DNA from: Mytilus californianus
Taxonomy: Eukaryota
DNA: 64,000 nucleotides
NCBI RefSeq assembly: GCF_021869535.1
Contig: NW_026262582.1
Location: forward strand, 28,582,001 to 28,646,000
Direction: 5' to 3'
In this document: positions 50,901 to 64,000 of the stretch, piece after piece
Layout of the letters: the number at the start of each line of letters is the position of its first letter
Position numbering within the stretch: the first letter of the stretch is position 1
Position numbers and translations under genes: made by a program
Notes under the pieces: generated by a model
Told to the model about the DNA's origin: nothing
The model's input: the letters and a program-made list of their open reading frames with translations, nothing else
The model's database searches: none

Positions 50901-53900
50901 AAAGGTGTGAATATACCACGTTTTTCCATAATGGAATAAAAGATTGAAACTCGCTGCCAGAAATAGTTAAAAGTGGTTCAAAGAAATATACTTTTAAAAT
51001 ACAAGTAAAACAAATGTTGATGGATAAATTTAAATCCATCTCTAATAGTGAATTTGTTTTATATTAATTTCATTGAAGCTTTGAGCCTTTGTGTGTGATA
51101 ATTTTGAATGATTTTTGTTATTTATATGTGTCAAGCTTGGTGTAAACTGGTAGTCTCTTCCTAAAAGGACCCCACTGGAAAAAGGTTTCAATAACTTGTG
51201 TGGATCATACGTAGGTTTTAGGCTGCAGTGAAAATCTAGTCCATTTAAAATTATTACAGTCTAGTCAAATATTAAAATAATAAAAATTTCAATAATTATA
51301 TATTTTTAATTATGATTTTTAGTGCTTATAACTGTAAATCCTTTAAGTGCCTGTATCTGTAAAATCCTATTCATGACCATCGCTAGATTTGTATGTCATT
51401 TTATTTTAATGTGTCTGTCAATTGCATGCCTTTTATCTTGAATAGATATTATTATAAAACATGCTTCACAGAATATAATTTACATTTTAATTTGAATAAA
51501 CATTCTGATTGAGTGTTACAGCGCTTGAAACATAACATCCTCTTATATTCATCATTAGTTACCTTGGAAAAATCAACATGAAATTTACATCATGAAAGAA
51601 TAATTCGTAATTTTTCGAATAAGTACAAAAACAAATTTAGACATTAAGGAGGGGACGGTTAGTTGATTTTAAATTAAGTCTAATTTATGATTTATCTAAA
51701 TGAAGATTTTGAAACACTCATCAAAAGTCGATTAGATATATAGTATCCTGTTCGTTAATTGCATCAATCCATCGACAGTTCTTTTTTTTTAGTTCATAAA
51801 TTCTTTATATTATCATGATAATTGTATCATCATAAGTGTAAATATTAAGAACGTTCTGTTAAAAAATTTCCTCGGTGTTCAGTATTTTCGGGATTTTATT
51901 TTTTTCATATATATTTTATAAAATTGTGAAATGAATTTGTCTATGGGTAGATCAGACGTTTTTCTTCAACGAAACTAAATCACTTGATATTACTCCTGTG
52001 AAATATCAGAAAATGTTAAAATTTGTCGTCTTTTTATTCCATATTATAAGTAACACAGTGTTATAGTGGCCCTATACGATTTATTCTGAGACATTTAATT
52101 TTATTTGGAGTGAGAGCGAGCGGTGGTGGAGCATCTAACTATTGAGAAAGTGTTTGTAAAGTAACTTTACGGGTATGAATATTATTATGCGTTTTGTTGA
52201 TTTATTAACTTAAAGTACAATTATAGCATTTCATTCTTTGCAGTCAGGATTTACTTCGTCAAAATCATCTTGCCATCACGCCATTAATTTTTAAGTGCGA
52301 TTGCTCACATGACGGTTGCTTTTAGAAAAAAAAATATATCTACCTGCCATTAAGCATAATTTAGTATATTTTTTGGTCAACTTTAAAATATTGCCTGATC
52401 GGTTGACAGGATAAATTTATGAAACGTACACAAAAAAATATCTGATTAAATAATAATTCGCGAAAGGGCAGACTACAATTTTTCAGAGGTTGAAGACACA
52501 AGTCGTTAAGTGGTTTTAGTAAAAAAATGTTATTCGAACACACCTTCTCTGGTGTTTTGGCTTCTTCATTAGAAAGTTTTTACTTGACCCTTATATATCA
52601 TTTCTTTGTTATTTTTTTTAATGTTATATTATGTATATGACCATGTACATTACGCCTGAACATAAAGAAACTGTACCCGAATTTCTCTTTTCGATGAGAT
52701 TATTGCAATTTTTTTCACGCAAAAAAACTGTTACGGGGGGGGGGGGGGGGGGGGGGGGAGTGGGGAGGGGGGGGGGGTATATGCAAATGCATGCTTTGAA
52801 AAGATTAATCTTTTATCTTTCTGTAGATTTTTGTCGATGGAATTTATGCGTTTGCACAAAAAAGATCCATCAGGTACTTTAAACGCCTGTTCTGTGAAAA
52901 TTTGTCTCTAATTAAAAAGTTAACATATATCTTGAAGTTCAACACTATAATTTTTCCTAAGTTGTACATGAATTATCATTGCTATGGTTAAAATTATAAA
53001 TTAACTGCTACCGAAACTTTAAATTGCTTTTCTACCTCCGGAATAGGTTACCATAACTGTATTTGATAAAACGTTTAGGAATATTTGTTTTTCAATGCTC
53101 TTCAACTTCGTCCTTTATTTGGCCTTTTTAACTTTTTTTTTATTTGGGCGTCACTGATGAGTCTTTTGTAGACGAACACGCGTCTGGCGCAAGTTCAAAA
53201 TTTTAATCCTGGTATCTATGATGAGTTTATTCAAGTATTCACATGTATATAAGATGCAAAATAATCTAAATTACGCACCTACATCAAACTTTAAAAGCCC
53301 GTAGACAAAGATGAAAACAGTTCAAATATACTGAGTTGGCCATTTATACATTTTCTAAAAAAGAATTCAATTTCTTTAGTTTAATTTCAACTGGGTATCA
53401 GCCTTTTTTTAAAATTATTTTGGATTCAATAATACATATTACCATTTCACACCAATGTAATTTTTTTCCTAAAAACACAAATTTTATGATAGCACTGTAA
53501 TTATTTATGTTTGACATTTCCAAGTTCCTAATTGAAAGTCTGAAACGTAAACTTGTAACTGAAATATCAAATTGGAACCGAGAAATGTCATATTGGAACT
53601 AAGAATTGTCAACTTGGACGTGAGAATTGTCAATTCACAATTAAGAACTTTTTTATTTTCAGTTTTCCTACCGATTGTTGTTGATTCCCTCCTTTTACTC
53701 CGGCTTCCTCCACCAATTAAAATTGTTGGTCATTATACAGTAAATAGTGCTGAAAGTTGCGTTAAACACCAACAATCGATCAACGATTTTATACATATTT
53801 ACTTTCGATGATTTCCGATAACTAAAAAAAAAAATCAATTTTTAAATCCACTTTAAAAATTTCTTTTTACTTTTTCTAATTTCTTATTAAGGTCTTTCCT

Positions 53901-54769
53901 TTCACTAGAAGGAAAGAACTTACTGTATTTCTTCTGATTATTATTCTTTTTGTTCCGCCAAACTTTGACAAAATTTCCCTCCGTAACCGTAAGCCATGTC
54001 GCTTTCAGGTTCACACTTTGTATCGGTGTCATAAATTCCTACCCGGAATCACCCTGTGAGTCGTAAAATTTTGTCGGTCCGGAGTTATCTCTCCAAAACC
54101 TAAAAACCTTGTTATCATTCAAACACCGTAACAGTAATAGGTACAAAAAAACCGAAGGGTGAAATTTGTTTAGGACCAGACCCTGGTTCTTGGTTACATT
54201 TGGATCGAAAAGATTCAACGACTCATTGGTAGGGTTATGCCCCTATGAAAATTAACAGATGTCGGTTGGCCACTAAAACTCAGAAACCGTAAGTCGTAGA
54301 CACCTAGGATCTTCACCAATCATCATCAATTCATGTGACTTTGAAAAATTCCTCAAGGTCAAATGTGTATGTTGATCGTGACCTTTGACCTAACACCTTG
54401 TTATGGGATAATCTCATCAACCTTAATACTTACAGAAGTGTTGATTAGTGAAAAATGTTTGGGTCATTTGGAGTAAACTTGGAAATCATGTTCAAATATC
54501 ATGTAAAACTGCAAAATCATACAATTATAGCAGTGAAATTGATGAAAATAAAAAAAATTCAAAACAATTTTCGAATAGTTTTAAAAATTTGGGATCCCAA
54601 AAGATCCTAAATCAAATCCAAATATAGTTCGAAATATCGATAACAGAAAATTATCAAATGCTTTTCTTTACAACAATAGATAGCTGCAAAGGAAGAAGAA
54701 AAAAATTCCAAGTGCAAAAGGTTTGTATAGTACCGCTACAAATATTGAAAAATCTTATTATGTTCAGAG

Positions 54770-56350
54770 AAGGAAATCAGATATAATTTTAATCAATAAC
54801 AGAGGAATTTGTTTCGAAAGAGCTATGTAGTTTAAATATACGTAAGAGCATGGGCCTAGATGATATTCCTGCAATGTTTTTTAAGGATGCAACCCCAAAT
54901 CTAAAAATTCCCATTAATTCCTTGATAAATTTATCCATTTCTGAATGTACGGAACCTGACGATCTGAAAATGGCTATGGTCAAGCCCCTATTTAAGAAAG
55001 ATGACAGACTCAAGCCTGAAAATTACAGGCCTGTCAGTATTCTAAGTATTGTTTCTAAAATTCTAGAAAAAGCTGCTTATCAGCAACTTGAAAAATTCTT
55101 GATTTCAAATAATTTATTATTTGAGTTTCAATCAGAATTTAAAAGTTCTTATTTGACTGATTTTTGTCTCATTCACTTAATTAATCACATCAAAACTCAA
55201 ACAGCCAAAGTTCTTTTTACATGCTTGGTCCTGTGAGACCTACAGAAGGCGTTTGACACAGTAGATCATAATATATTATGTGAAAATTTAGAAGTCACTG
55301 TGGTTAGATCTATACCTTGGTCCTATTTGAAAAACAGAAAACAGATTGTGGGTATACATGGGGTAACTTCAGAAGTGTGTAATATTATTTGTGGTGTCCC
55401 TCAAGGGAGATTATTGGGTCCACTATTGTTTTTGATCTATGTCAATGATGTTCAAACTAGCATTGACTCAGATTGTAAAGTTTTAATATATGCAGATGAT
55501 ACTGCAATTTTATTTTCCCAAATAGACCCTTGGGTCATCTCTCATACATTATCCAGAAAGTTGGAGTCATGCCATGAGTTGTAAACTGACAATAAATTTT
55601 CCTTACATTTGGGAAAGACAGAGAGTATAATTTTTGGCCTGGTCGAAAACTTCGGTCTCTTATACCAGGTAATTTTGCTATCTCTTGTAATGGTCCTTAT
55701 ATTGAATCCACAAATTTTGTAAAATATTTATGAATTTTAATTGATCAGTTTCTTACTGGTGATTATATTGTCAATTCTATAATTAAAAAAGTAAATCGGA
55801 GACTAATTTTGGTTATATAGAAACAAAGAGTGTCTACATTTTCAATCTAGGAAAACATTGTGATCTTTTCTGATTCAATGTGATTTTAGTTATGCATGTG
55901 CATGCTAGTATGAAGGTTTATCAAAAGAAATAAAGAATAAAAGAGGGACGAAAGATACCAGAGGGACAGTCAAACTCATAGATCGAAAACAAACTGACAA
56001 CGTCATGGCCAAAAATAAAAAGACAAACAGACAAATAATAGTACAGATGACACAACATAGAAAACTAAAGACTAAGCAAACTTCAAGTGGCACAAAAGAT
56101 TAAGATTGTGAGATTTGTTCTACAATTACATCGTAGAAAAAGAGTGACATATATTGAATTTGAAAAATTAGGTTTTTTTGAATATAAGTAATAGAGTCAA
56201 ACAACTGAGACTCAATCATGTATTCAATATTTATAACAATATATGCCCCTAATTATTTGAATACTAATGTGAATACTAATGTTGTTAGAAATGAAACATC
56301 TTTTAACACACGATCTAGTAACATGAACTTTTTATAAACTTGGAATTAAA
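54770..56350 (+). mobile_element. Decayed L2/CR1-group RT fragment, unit 2
   Basis: Near-identical to unit 1, with the same TGA and the same ~145-bp insert. Confidence 0.92.
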
Positions 56351-59300
56351 AGGTGTGAATATACCACGTTTTTCCATAATGGAATAAAAGATTGAAACTC
56401 GCTGCCAGAAATAGTTAAAAGTGGTTCAAAGAAATATACTTTTAAAATACAAGTAAAACAAATGTTGATGGATAAATTTAAATCCATCTCTAATAGTGAA
56501 TTTGTTTTATATTAATTTCATTGAAGCTTTGAGCCTTTGTGTGTGATAATTTTGAATGATTTTTGTTATTTATATGTGTTAAGCTTGGTGTGAACTGGTA
56601 GTCTCTTCCTAAAAGGACCCCACTGGAAAAAGGTTTCAATAACTTGTGTGGATCATACATAGGTTTTAGGCTGCAGTGAAAATCTAGTCCATTTAAAATT
56701 ATTACAGTTTAGTCAAATATTAAAATAATGAAAATTTCCATAATTATATATTTTAAATTATGATTTTTAGTGCTTATAACTGTAAATCCTTTAAGTGCCT
56801 GTATCTGTAAAATCCTTTTCATGACCATCGCTAGATTTGTATGTCATTTTATTTTAATGTGTCTGTCAATTGCATGCCTTTTATCTTGAATAGATATTAT
56901 TATAAAATATGCTTCACAGAATATAATTTACATTTTAATTTGAATAAACATTCTGATTGAGTGTTACAGCGCTTGAAACATAACATCCTCTTATATTCAT
57001 CATTAGTTACCTTGGAAAAATCAACATGAAATTTACATCATGAAAGAATAATTCGTAATTTTTCGAATAATTACAAAAACAAAATTAGACATTAAGGAGG
57101 GGACGGTTAGTTGATTTTAAATTAAGTCTTATTTATGATTTATCTAAAATGAAGATTTTGAAACACTCATCAAAAGTCGATTAGATATATAGTATCCTGT
57201 TCGTTAATTGCATCAATCCATCGACAGTTGTTTTTTTTTAGTTCACACATTCTTTATATTATCATGATAATTGTATCATCATAAGTGTAAATATTAGGGA
57301 CTTTCTGTTTTGAAATTTCCTCGGTGTTCAGTATTTTCGGGATTTTATTTTTTTCATATATATTTTATAAAATTGTGAAATGAATTTGTCTATGGGTAGA
57401 TCAGACGTTTTTCTTCAACGAAACTAAATCACTTGATATTACTCCTGTGAAATATCAGAAAATGTTAAAATTTGTCGTCTTTTTATTCCATATTAATAAG
57501 TAACACAGTGTTATAGTGGCCCTATACGATTTATTCTGAGACATTTAATTTTATTTGGAGTGAGAGCGAGCGGTGGTGGAGCATCTAACTATTGAGAAAG
57601 TGTTTGTAAAGTAACTTTACGGGTATGAATATTATTATGCGTTTTGTTGATTTATTAACTTAAAGTACAATTATAGCATTTTATTCTTTGCAGTCAGGAT
57701 TTACTTCGTCAAAATCATCTTGCCATCACGCCATTAATTTTCAAGTGCGATTGCTCACATGACGGTTGTTTTTAGAAAAAAAATATATCTAGTTGCCATT
57801 AAGCATAATTTAGTATATTTTTTTGTCAACTTTAAAATATTGCCTGATCGGTTAACAGGATAAATTTATGAAACGTACACAAAAAAATATCTGATTAAAT
57901 AATAATTTGCGGAAGGGCAGACTACAATTTTTCAGAGATTGAAGACACAAGTCGTTAAGTGGTTTTAGTAAAAAAATGTTATTCGAACACACCTTCTCTG
58001 GTGTTTTGGCTTCTTCATTAGAAAGTTTTTACTTGACTGTTATATATCATTTGTTTTGTATTTTTTTAATGTTATATTATGTATATGACCATGTATATTA
58101 CGCCTGAACATGAAGAAACTGTACCCGAATTTCTCTTTTCGATGAGATTATTGCAAATTTTTTTTCACGCAAAAAACTGTTACGGGGGGAGATATGCAAA
58201 TTCATGCTTTAAAAAGATTAATCTTTTATCTTTCTGTAGATTTTGTCGATGGAATTTATGCGTTTGGACAAAAAAGATCAACATGTATTTCCATCAGGTA
58301 CTTTAAACGCCTGTTCTGTGAAAATTTGTCTCTAATTAAAAAGTTAAAAAACATATATCTTGAAGTTCAACACTATAATTTACATAATGTTGTACATGAA
58401 TTATCATTGCTATGGTTAAAATTATAAATTAACTGTTACCAAAACTTTAAATTTTGGAAATACTAAGGCTTTTCTAACTGCGGAATAGATTACCATAGCT
58501 GTATTTGGTAAAACGTTTAGGAATATTTGTTTTTCAATGCTCTTCAACTTCGTTCTTTATTTGACCTTTTTAACTTTTTTTTTATTTGAGCGTCACTGAT
58601 GAGTCTTTTGTAGACGAACACGCGTCTGGCGCAAATTCAAAATTTCGATCCTGATATCTATGATGAGTTTATTCAAGTATTCACATGTATATAAGATGCA
58701 AAATAATCTAAATTACGCACCTACATCAAACTTTTAAAGCCCGTAGACAAAGATGTAAACAATTCAAATATACTGAGTTGGCCATTTATACATTTTCTAA
58801 AAAAGAATTCCATTTCTTTAGTTTAATTTCAACTGGGTATCAGCCTTTTTTTAAAAAATTATTTTGGATTCAATAATACATATTACCATTTCACACCAAT
58901 GCAATTTTTTTTTCTTAAAACACAAATTTTGTGATAGCACTGTAATTATTTATGTTTGACATTTCCCAGTTCCTAATTGAAAGTCTGAAACGTAATCTTG
59001 TAACTGTGAAATATAAAATTGGCACCGAGAAATGTCATATTAGAACTAAAAATTGTCAACTTGGACGTGAGAATTGTCAACTCACAACTAAGAACTTTCA
59101 ACTTGGAACTGAGAAACGTCAAGTTAGAAGTGAGATATGTCAACTGGGAACTAAACAATGTTAATTTAAAAGTCAGAAATATCAACTTGGAACTAAGAAT
59201 TGTCAACTTGGAACTTAGAACTGTTAACTCACAACTAGGAAATGTCAACTTGGAACTGAGAAACGTAAATTTAGAAGGAAGAATGTCAACTTATAACTAA

Positions 59301-61529
59301 AAAATTGCCAACTTAAAAGTAAGAAATATCAACTTGGAACTAACAAATGTCAACTTGGAACTGAGAAATATCAATTTCTATTTTTGTGACTTCAAACCCA
59401 TTCCTTAATGAATTTTATTTTCAGTTTTCCTACCGATTGTTGTTGATTCCCTCCTTTTACTCCAGCTTCCTCCACCAATTAAAATTGTTTGTCATGATAC
59501 AGCAAATAGTGCTGAAAGTGGCGTTAAACACCAACAATCGATCAACGATTTTATACATATTTACTTTCCATGATGTCCGATAATTTAAAAAAAATCAATT
59601 TTTAAATCCACTTTAAAAATTTCTTTTTACTTTTTCTAATTTCTTATTAAGGTCTTTCCTTTCACTAGAAGGAAAGACCTTACTGTATTTCTTCTGATTA
59701 TTATTCTTTTTGTTCCGCCAAACTTTGACAAAATTTCCCTTCGTAACCGTAAGCCGTGTCGCTTTCAGGTTCACACTTTGTATCGGTGTCATAAATTCCT
59801 ACCCGGAACTCACCCTGTGAGTCGTAAAATTTTGTCGGTCCGGAGTTATCTCTCCAAAACCTAAAAACCTTGTTATCATTCAAACACCGTAATTGTAATA
59901 GGTACAAAAAAACGAAGGGTGAAATTTGTTCAGGACCAGACCCTGGTTCTTCGTTACATTTGGATCGAAAAGATTCAATGACTCATTGGTAGGGTTATGC
60001 CCCTATGAAAATTAACAGATGTCGGTTGGCCACTAAAACTCAGAAACCGTAAGTTTTAGACACCTAGGATCTTCACCAATCATCATCAATTCATGTGACT
60101 TTGAAAAATTCCTCAAGGTCAAATGTGTATGTTGAGCTTTACCTCTGACCTAACACCTTGTTATGGGATAATCTCAGCAACCTTAATACTTACAGAAGTG
60201 TTGAATAGTGAAAAATGTTTGGGTCACTTATGTACAACTTTGTTACATTTGACCGAAGAGATTTGACCTTTCTGTAAGGGGCATAACCTTTGTTTTAGGT
60301 TTCTGAAAAGACAAAATCAACTTTTACTATATAACCAAAGGTCCTAGACCCATGGGGGCTTCAACAATGATATTGGGGACTTAACCTTGACAAAGGTCAC
60401 AAGGTCAAAGGTCAAGGTCATGTCCCAGATAGCAAATTATGTGTTTTTGACCTTATATAAAGGATTTAAAGTGTGTTTTAAAGGTTTTTAAGGTTAACCT
60501 TGACCTTTGACCTTACAACTTTTTATTGGATATCTCAAAAACGATAATACTTACAGAAAAAGTAAATAGTGAAAAATGTTTGGGTCATTGCGTCGCAAGT
60601 TTTTAACATTTTGACCGAAAAGATTTGACCTATCCTTATGGAGCATAACCCCGATAACGGTTTTTGACAAGACAAAATTAGCTTTAACTCTTGATCCAAA
60701 GGTCCTAGACCCATGGGGTTATTTTTTAATAACATCGTTTACCAATGACCTTCACAAAGGTCAAAAGGTCAAAAGTCAAGGTCATTTCCTAAATAGCGAA
60801 TTTGTTGTTTTTGTCATATATTAACAGTTTTATGTGTGTTTGAGAGCTTTCCAATGCATTCTACGTCTATTGGAACATGTATTTTACATTTCGAAAAGGA
60901 AAGACCTCTCAATTGTTCAAAAACAATTGACATTTTAATTTTTCAATATATTTTGTTACTTTTGATAGCTGATATGAGGAGGCAATTCTTGTTCCACTTG
61001 TCGTAACCGTCTTTTAATTTATCCTGTTTGTCAAAAGTTGTACAAGAAAAATGTTTTATTTTTAAATACCGTTATTTTAAGATGATCTCGATCTGTATTT
61101 TCAAGGATATATAAACTTGAAATTAGCAAAGAGTTAAATATTGCATTCTATCATATGTAGAAGCTAAATACTCAATGATACTTAACTTTATTAACAATAT
61201 TAATGGTACAAATAAGACTGGAAATCATGTTCAAATATCATGTAAAACTGCAAAATCATACAATTAAAGTAGTGAAATTGATGAAAATAACAAAAATTCA
61301 AAACAATTTTCGAATATTTTTTAAATTTTAAAAATTTGGGATCCCAAAAGATCCTAAATCAGATCCAAATATAGTTCGAAATATTGATAACAAAAAATTA
61401 TCAAATGCTTTTCTTTACAACAATAGATAGCTGCAAAGTTAGTAAACAAAATACCAGGTGCAAATGGTTTGTATAGTGCCACTACAAATATTGAAAAATC
61501 TTATTATGTTCAGAGAAGGAAATCTGATA

Positions 61530-62810
61530 TAATTTTAATCAATAACAGAGGAATTAGTTTATAAAGAGCTATGTAGTTTAAATATACGTAAGAGCATGGG
61601 CCTAGATGATATTCCTGCAATGTGTTTTAAGGATGCAGCCCCAAATCTAAAAATTCCCATTAATTCCTTGATAAATTTATCCATTTCTGAATGTACGGAA
61701 CCTGACGATCTGAAAATGGCTATGGTCAAGCCCCTATTTAAGAAAGATGACAGACTCAAGCCTGAAAATTACAGGCCTGTCAGTATTCTAAGTATTGTTT
61801 CTAAAATTCTAGAAAAAGCTGCCTATCAGCAACTTGAAAAATTCTTGATTTCAAATGATTGGTCCTGTGAGACCTACAGAAGGCGTTTGACACAGTAGAT
61901 CATAATATATTATGTGAAAAATTAGAAGTCCCTGTGGTTAGATCTATACCTTGGTCCTATTTGAAAAACAGAAAACAGGTAGTGGGTATAAATTGGGTAA
62001 CTTCAGAAGTGTGTAATATTACATGTGGTGTCCCTCAAGGGAGATTACTGGGTCCACTATTGTTTTTGATTTATGTCAATGATGTTCAAACTAGCATTGA
62101 CTCAGATTGTAAAGTTTTGATATATTCAGATGATACTGCAATTTTATTTTCCCAAATAGACCCTGGGGTCATCTCTCATACATTATCCAGAAAGTTGGAG
62201 TCATGCCATGAGTTGTAAACTGACAATAAATTTTCCTTACATTTGGGAAAGACAGAGAGTATAAATTTTGGCCTGGTAGAAAACTTCGGTCTCTTATACC
62301 AGGTAATTTTGCTATCTCTTGTAATGGTCCTTATATTTAATCCACAAACTTTGTAAAATATTTATGAATTATAATTGATCAGTTTCTTACTGGTGATTTT
62401 ATTGTCAATTCTATAATAAAAAAGTAAATCGGAGACTAATTTTTGTTATATAGTAACAAAGAGTGTCTACATTTTCAATCTAGGAAAACACTGTGATCTG
62501 TTCTGATTCAATGTCATTTTGGTTATGCATCTGCATGCTAGTATGAAGGTTTATCAAAAGAAATGAAGAATAAACTTCAAGTGGCACAACATATTAAGAT
62601 TGTGAGATTTGTTCTACAATTACATCCTAGAAATAGAATGACATATATTGAAATTGAGAAATAAGGTTTTTTGAATATAAGTAATAGAGTCAAACAACTG
62701 AGACTCAATCATGTATTCAATATTCATAACAATATATGCCCATAATTATTTCAATACTAATGTTGGTAGAAATGAAACATCTTTAACACACGATCTAGTA
62801 ACATGAAATT
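61530..62810 (+). mobile_element. Decayed L2/CR1-group RT fragment, unit 3
   Basis: Same motifs (YSDDT here); about 100 bp deleted near 61858; lacks the 145-bp insert. Confidence 0.9.
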
Positions 62811-64000
62811 TTATAAACTTGGAATTAAAAGGTGTGAATATACCACGTTTTTCTATAATGGAATAAAAGATTGAAACTCGCTGCCAGAAAAAGTTAAAAG
62901 TGGTTCAAAGAAATATACTTTTAAAATACAAGTAAAACAAATGTTGATGGATAAATTTAAATCCATCTCTAATAGTGAATTTGTTTTATATTAATTTTAT
63001 TGAGGCTTTGAGCCTTTGTCCGTGATAATTTTGAATGATTTTTTGTTATTTATATGTGTCCAGCTTGGTGTGAACTGGTAGTCTCTTCCTAAAAGGACCC
63101 CGCTGGAAATAAGTTTCAATAACTTGTGTGGGTCATACTTAGGTTTTAGGCTGCAGTGAAAATCTAGTCCATTTAAAATTATTACAGTCTAGTCAAATAT
63201 TAAAATAATGAAAATTTCCATAATTATATATTTTAAATTATGATTTTTAGTTCTTATAACTGTAAATCCTTTTAGTGTCTGTATCTGTAAAATCCTATTC
63301 ATGACCATCGCTAGATTTGTATGTCATTTTATTTTAATGTGTCTGCCAATTTCATGCCTTTTATCTTAAGAATAAATATTATCATAAAACATGCTTCACA
63401 GAATATAATTTACATTTAAATTATTTTTTGCAGCGCCATTTGACCGTCAAGCAAATTAAAGCGAGCATTTGTTATACATTTGTAATTCTATTTGTCTATC
63501 TTGTTTGTTAAAAGTCTGATGAATATTGATTTAGGTTATATGTTAAGTAAGGTTACATTTATCTTTTTCAATGATGTTTAATAGCCTGCAACACATTTTA
63601 TTTTCATTTTAGACATGTCATAAACAGGTTCGTTATATGTAGTTCATGTTTGCTTATGTTGTGTAATTATAACATAAAATAACACAGATATTGGAATAGA
63701 TAGTAGATAAACATTGCGTTTATTGCATGTTTCAACATTATAAATGATAATGATCTATTTCAAAGTGACTGATTATTACACAAAAATGAAGTTAATTTTA
63801 AAGTTGATTTTAAGTTTACTTTAATATATACTTTATTATGTACGCCAATATTTGGTTATAAATATTAAAAGTTATGTAATGTTATGTAACGCGAATGTAA
63901 ACAAACGTGCACTGGAAGGTAAATAGTAACACCTGAATCTTAAAGAACACATTAAATACATCAAATCATTTAACAACTTATACGGAAGAGGATTGCATAC

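Larger units (their letters stand above)
46107..63418. repeat. Three-unit tandem segmental duplication (units start at 46107, 51489, 56937; last ends about 63418)
   Basis: The unit start aatttgaataa(g/a)cattctgattg is seen three times. The unit end cacagaatataatttacattt is seen at about 51488, 56936 and 63418. Internal content is collinear. Confidence 0.96.

Noticed and set aside
48109-59300. CQLGTEK/SKLTF-type ORFs (48109, 48130, 58952, 58973, 59019)
   Set aside because: Translations of the 21-bp minisatellite in the duplicated units.
59701-59907. 68-aa protein-like ORF
   Set aside because: It lies inside a Helentron-like repeat whose other copies (22.3 and 54.0 kb) do not preserve a comparable ORF in the track.
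49403-62218. Active LINE or three independent LINE insertions
   Set aside because: The copies share stops, frameshifts and flanks, so this is one dead fragment copied by segmental duplication.

Overview
AT-rich, repeat-dense animal genomic DNA, not prokaryotic. The repeat families look like those I recall from Mytilus mussels; this is an inference, no search was run. One host gene is reconstructed by hand: a 12-exon, minus-strand, secreted animal heme peroxidase (chorion-peroxidase/peroxinectin-like, ~587 aa, CDS 46020->32188). All splice sites are GT-AG and phase-consistent, but exon 8 is one base short at a homopolymer. Both residues that covalently link heme in myeloperoxidase are substituted. 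The exon-2 splice donor is amplified into a 10-copy 50-bp array, and an intact hammerhead ribozyme lies sense-strand in intron 10. Directly upstream (46.1-63.4 kb) is a three-unit tandem duplication with a readable two-step history; each unit carries a dead L2/CR1-group RT fragment. At 24.7-28.1 kb is a composite of a Gypsy-like gag plus an unknown in-frame ORF, an opposed Penelope-like RT fragment, direct and inverted duplications and a thrice-repeated palindromic junction motif. The rest is MITEs, Helentron-like elements, tRNA-derived SINEs and minisatellites, four of them with unrelated 21-bp units. Most short ORFs in the track are spurious.
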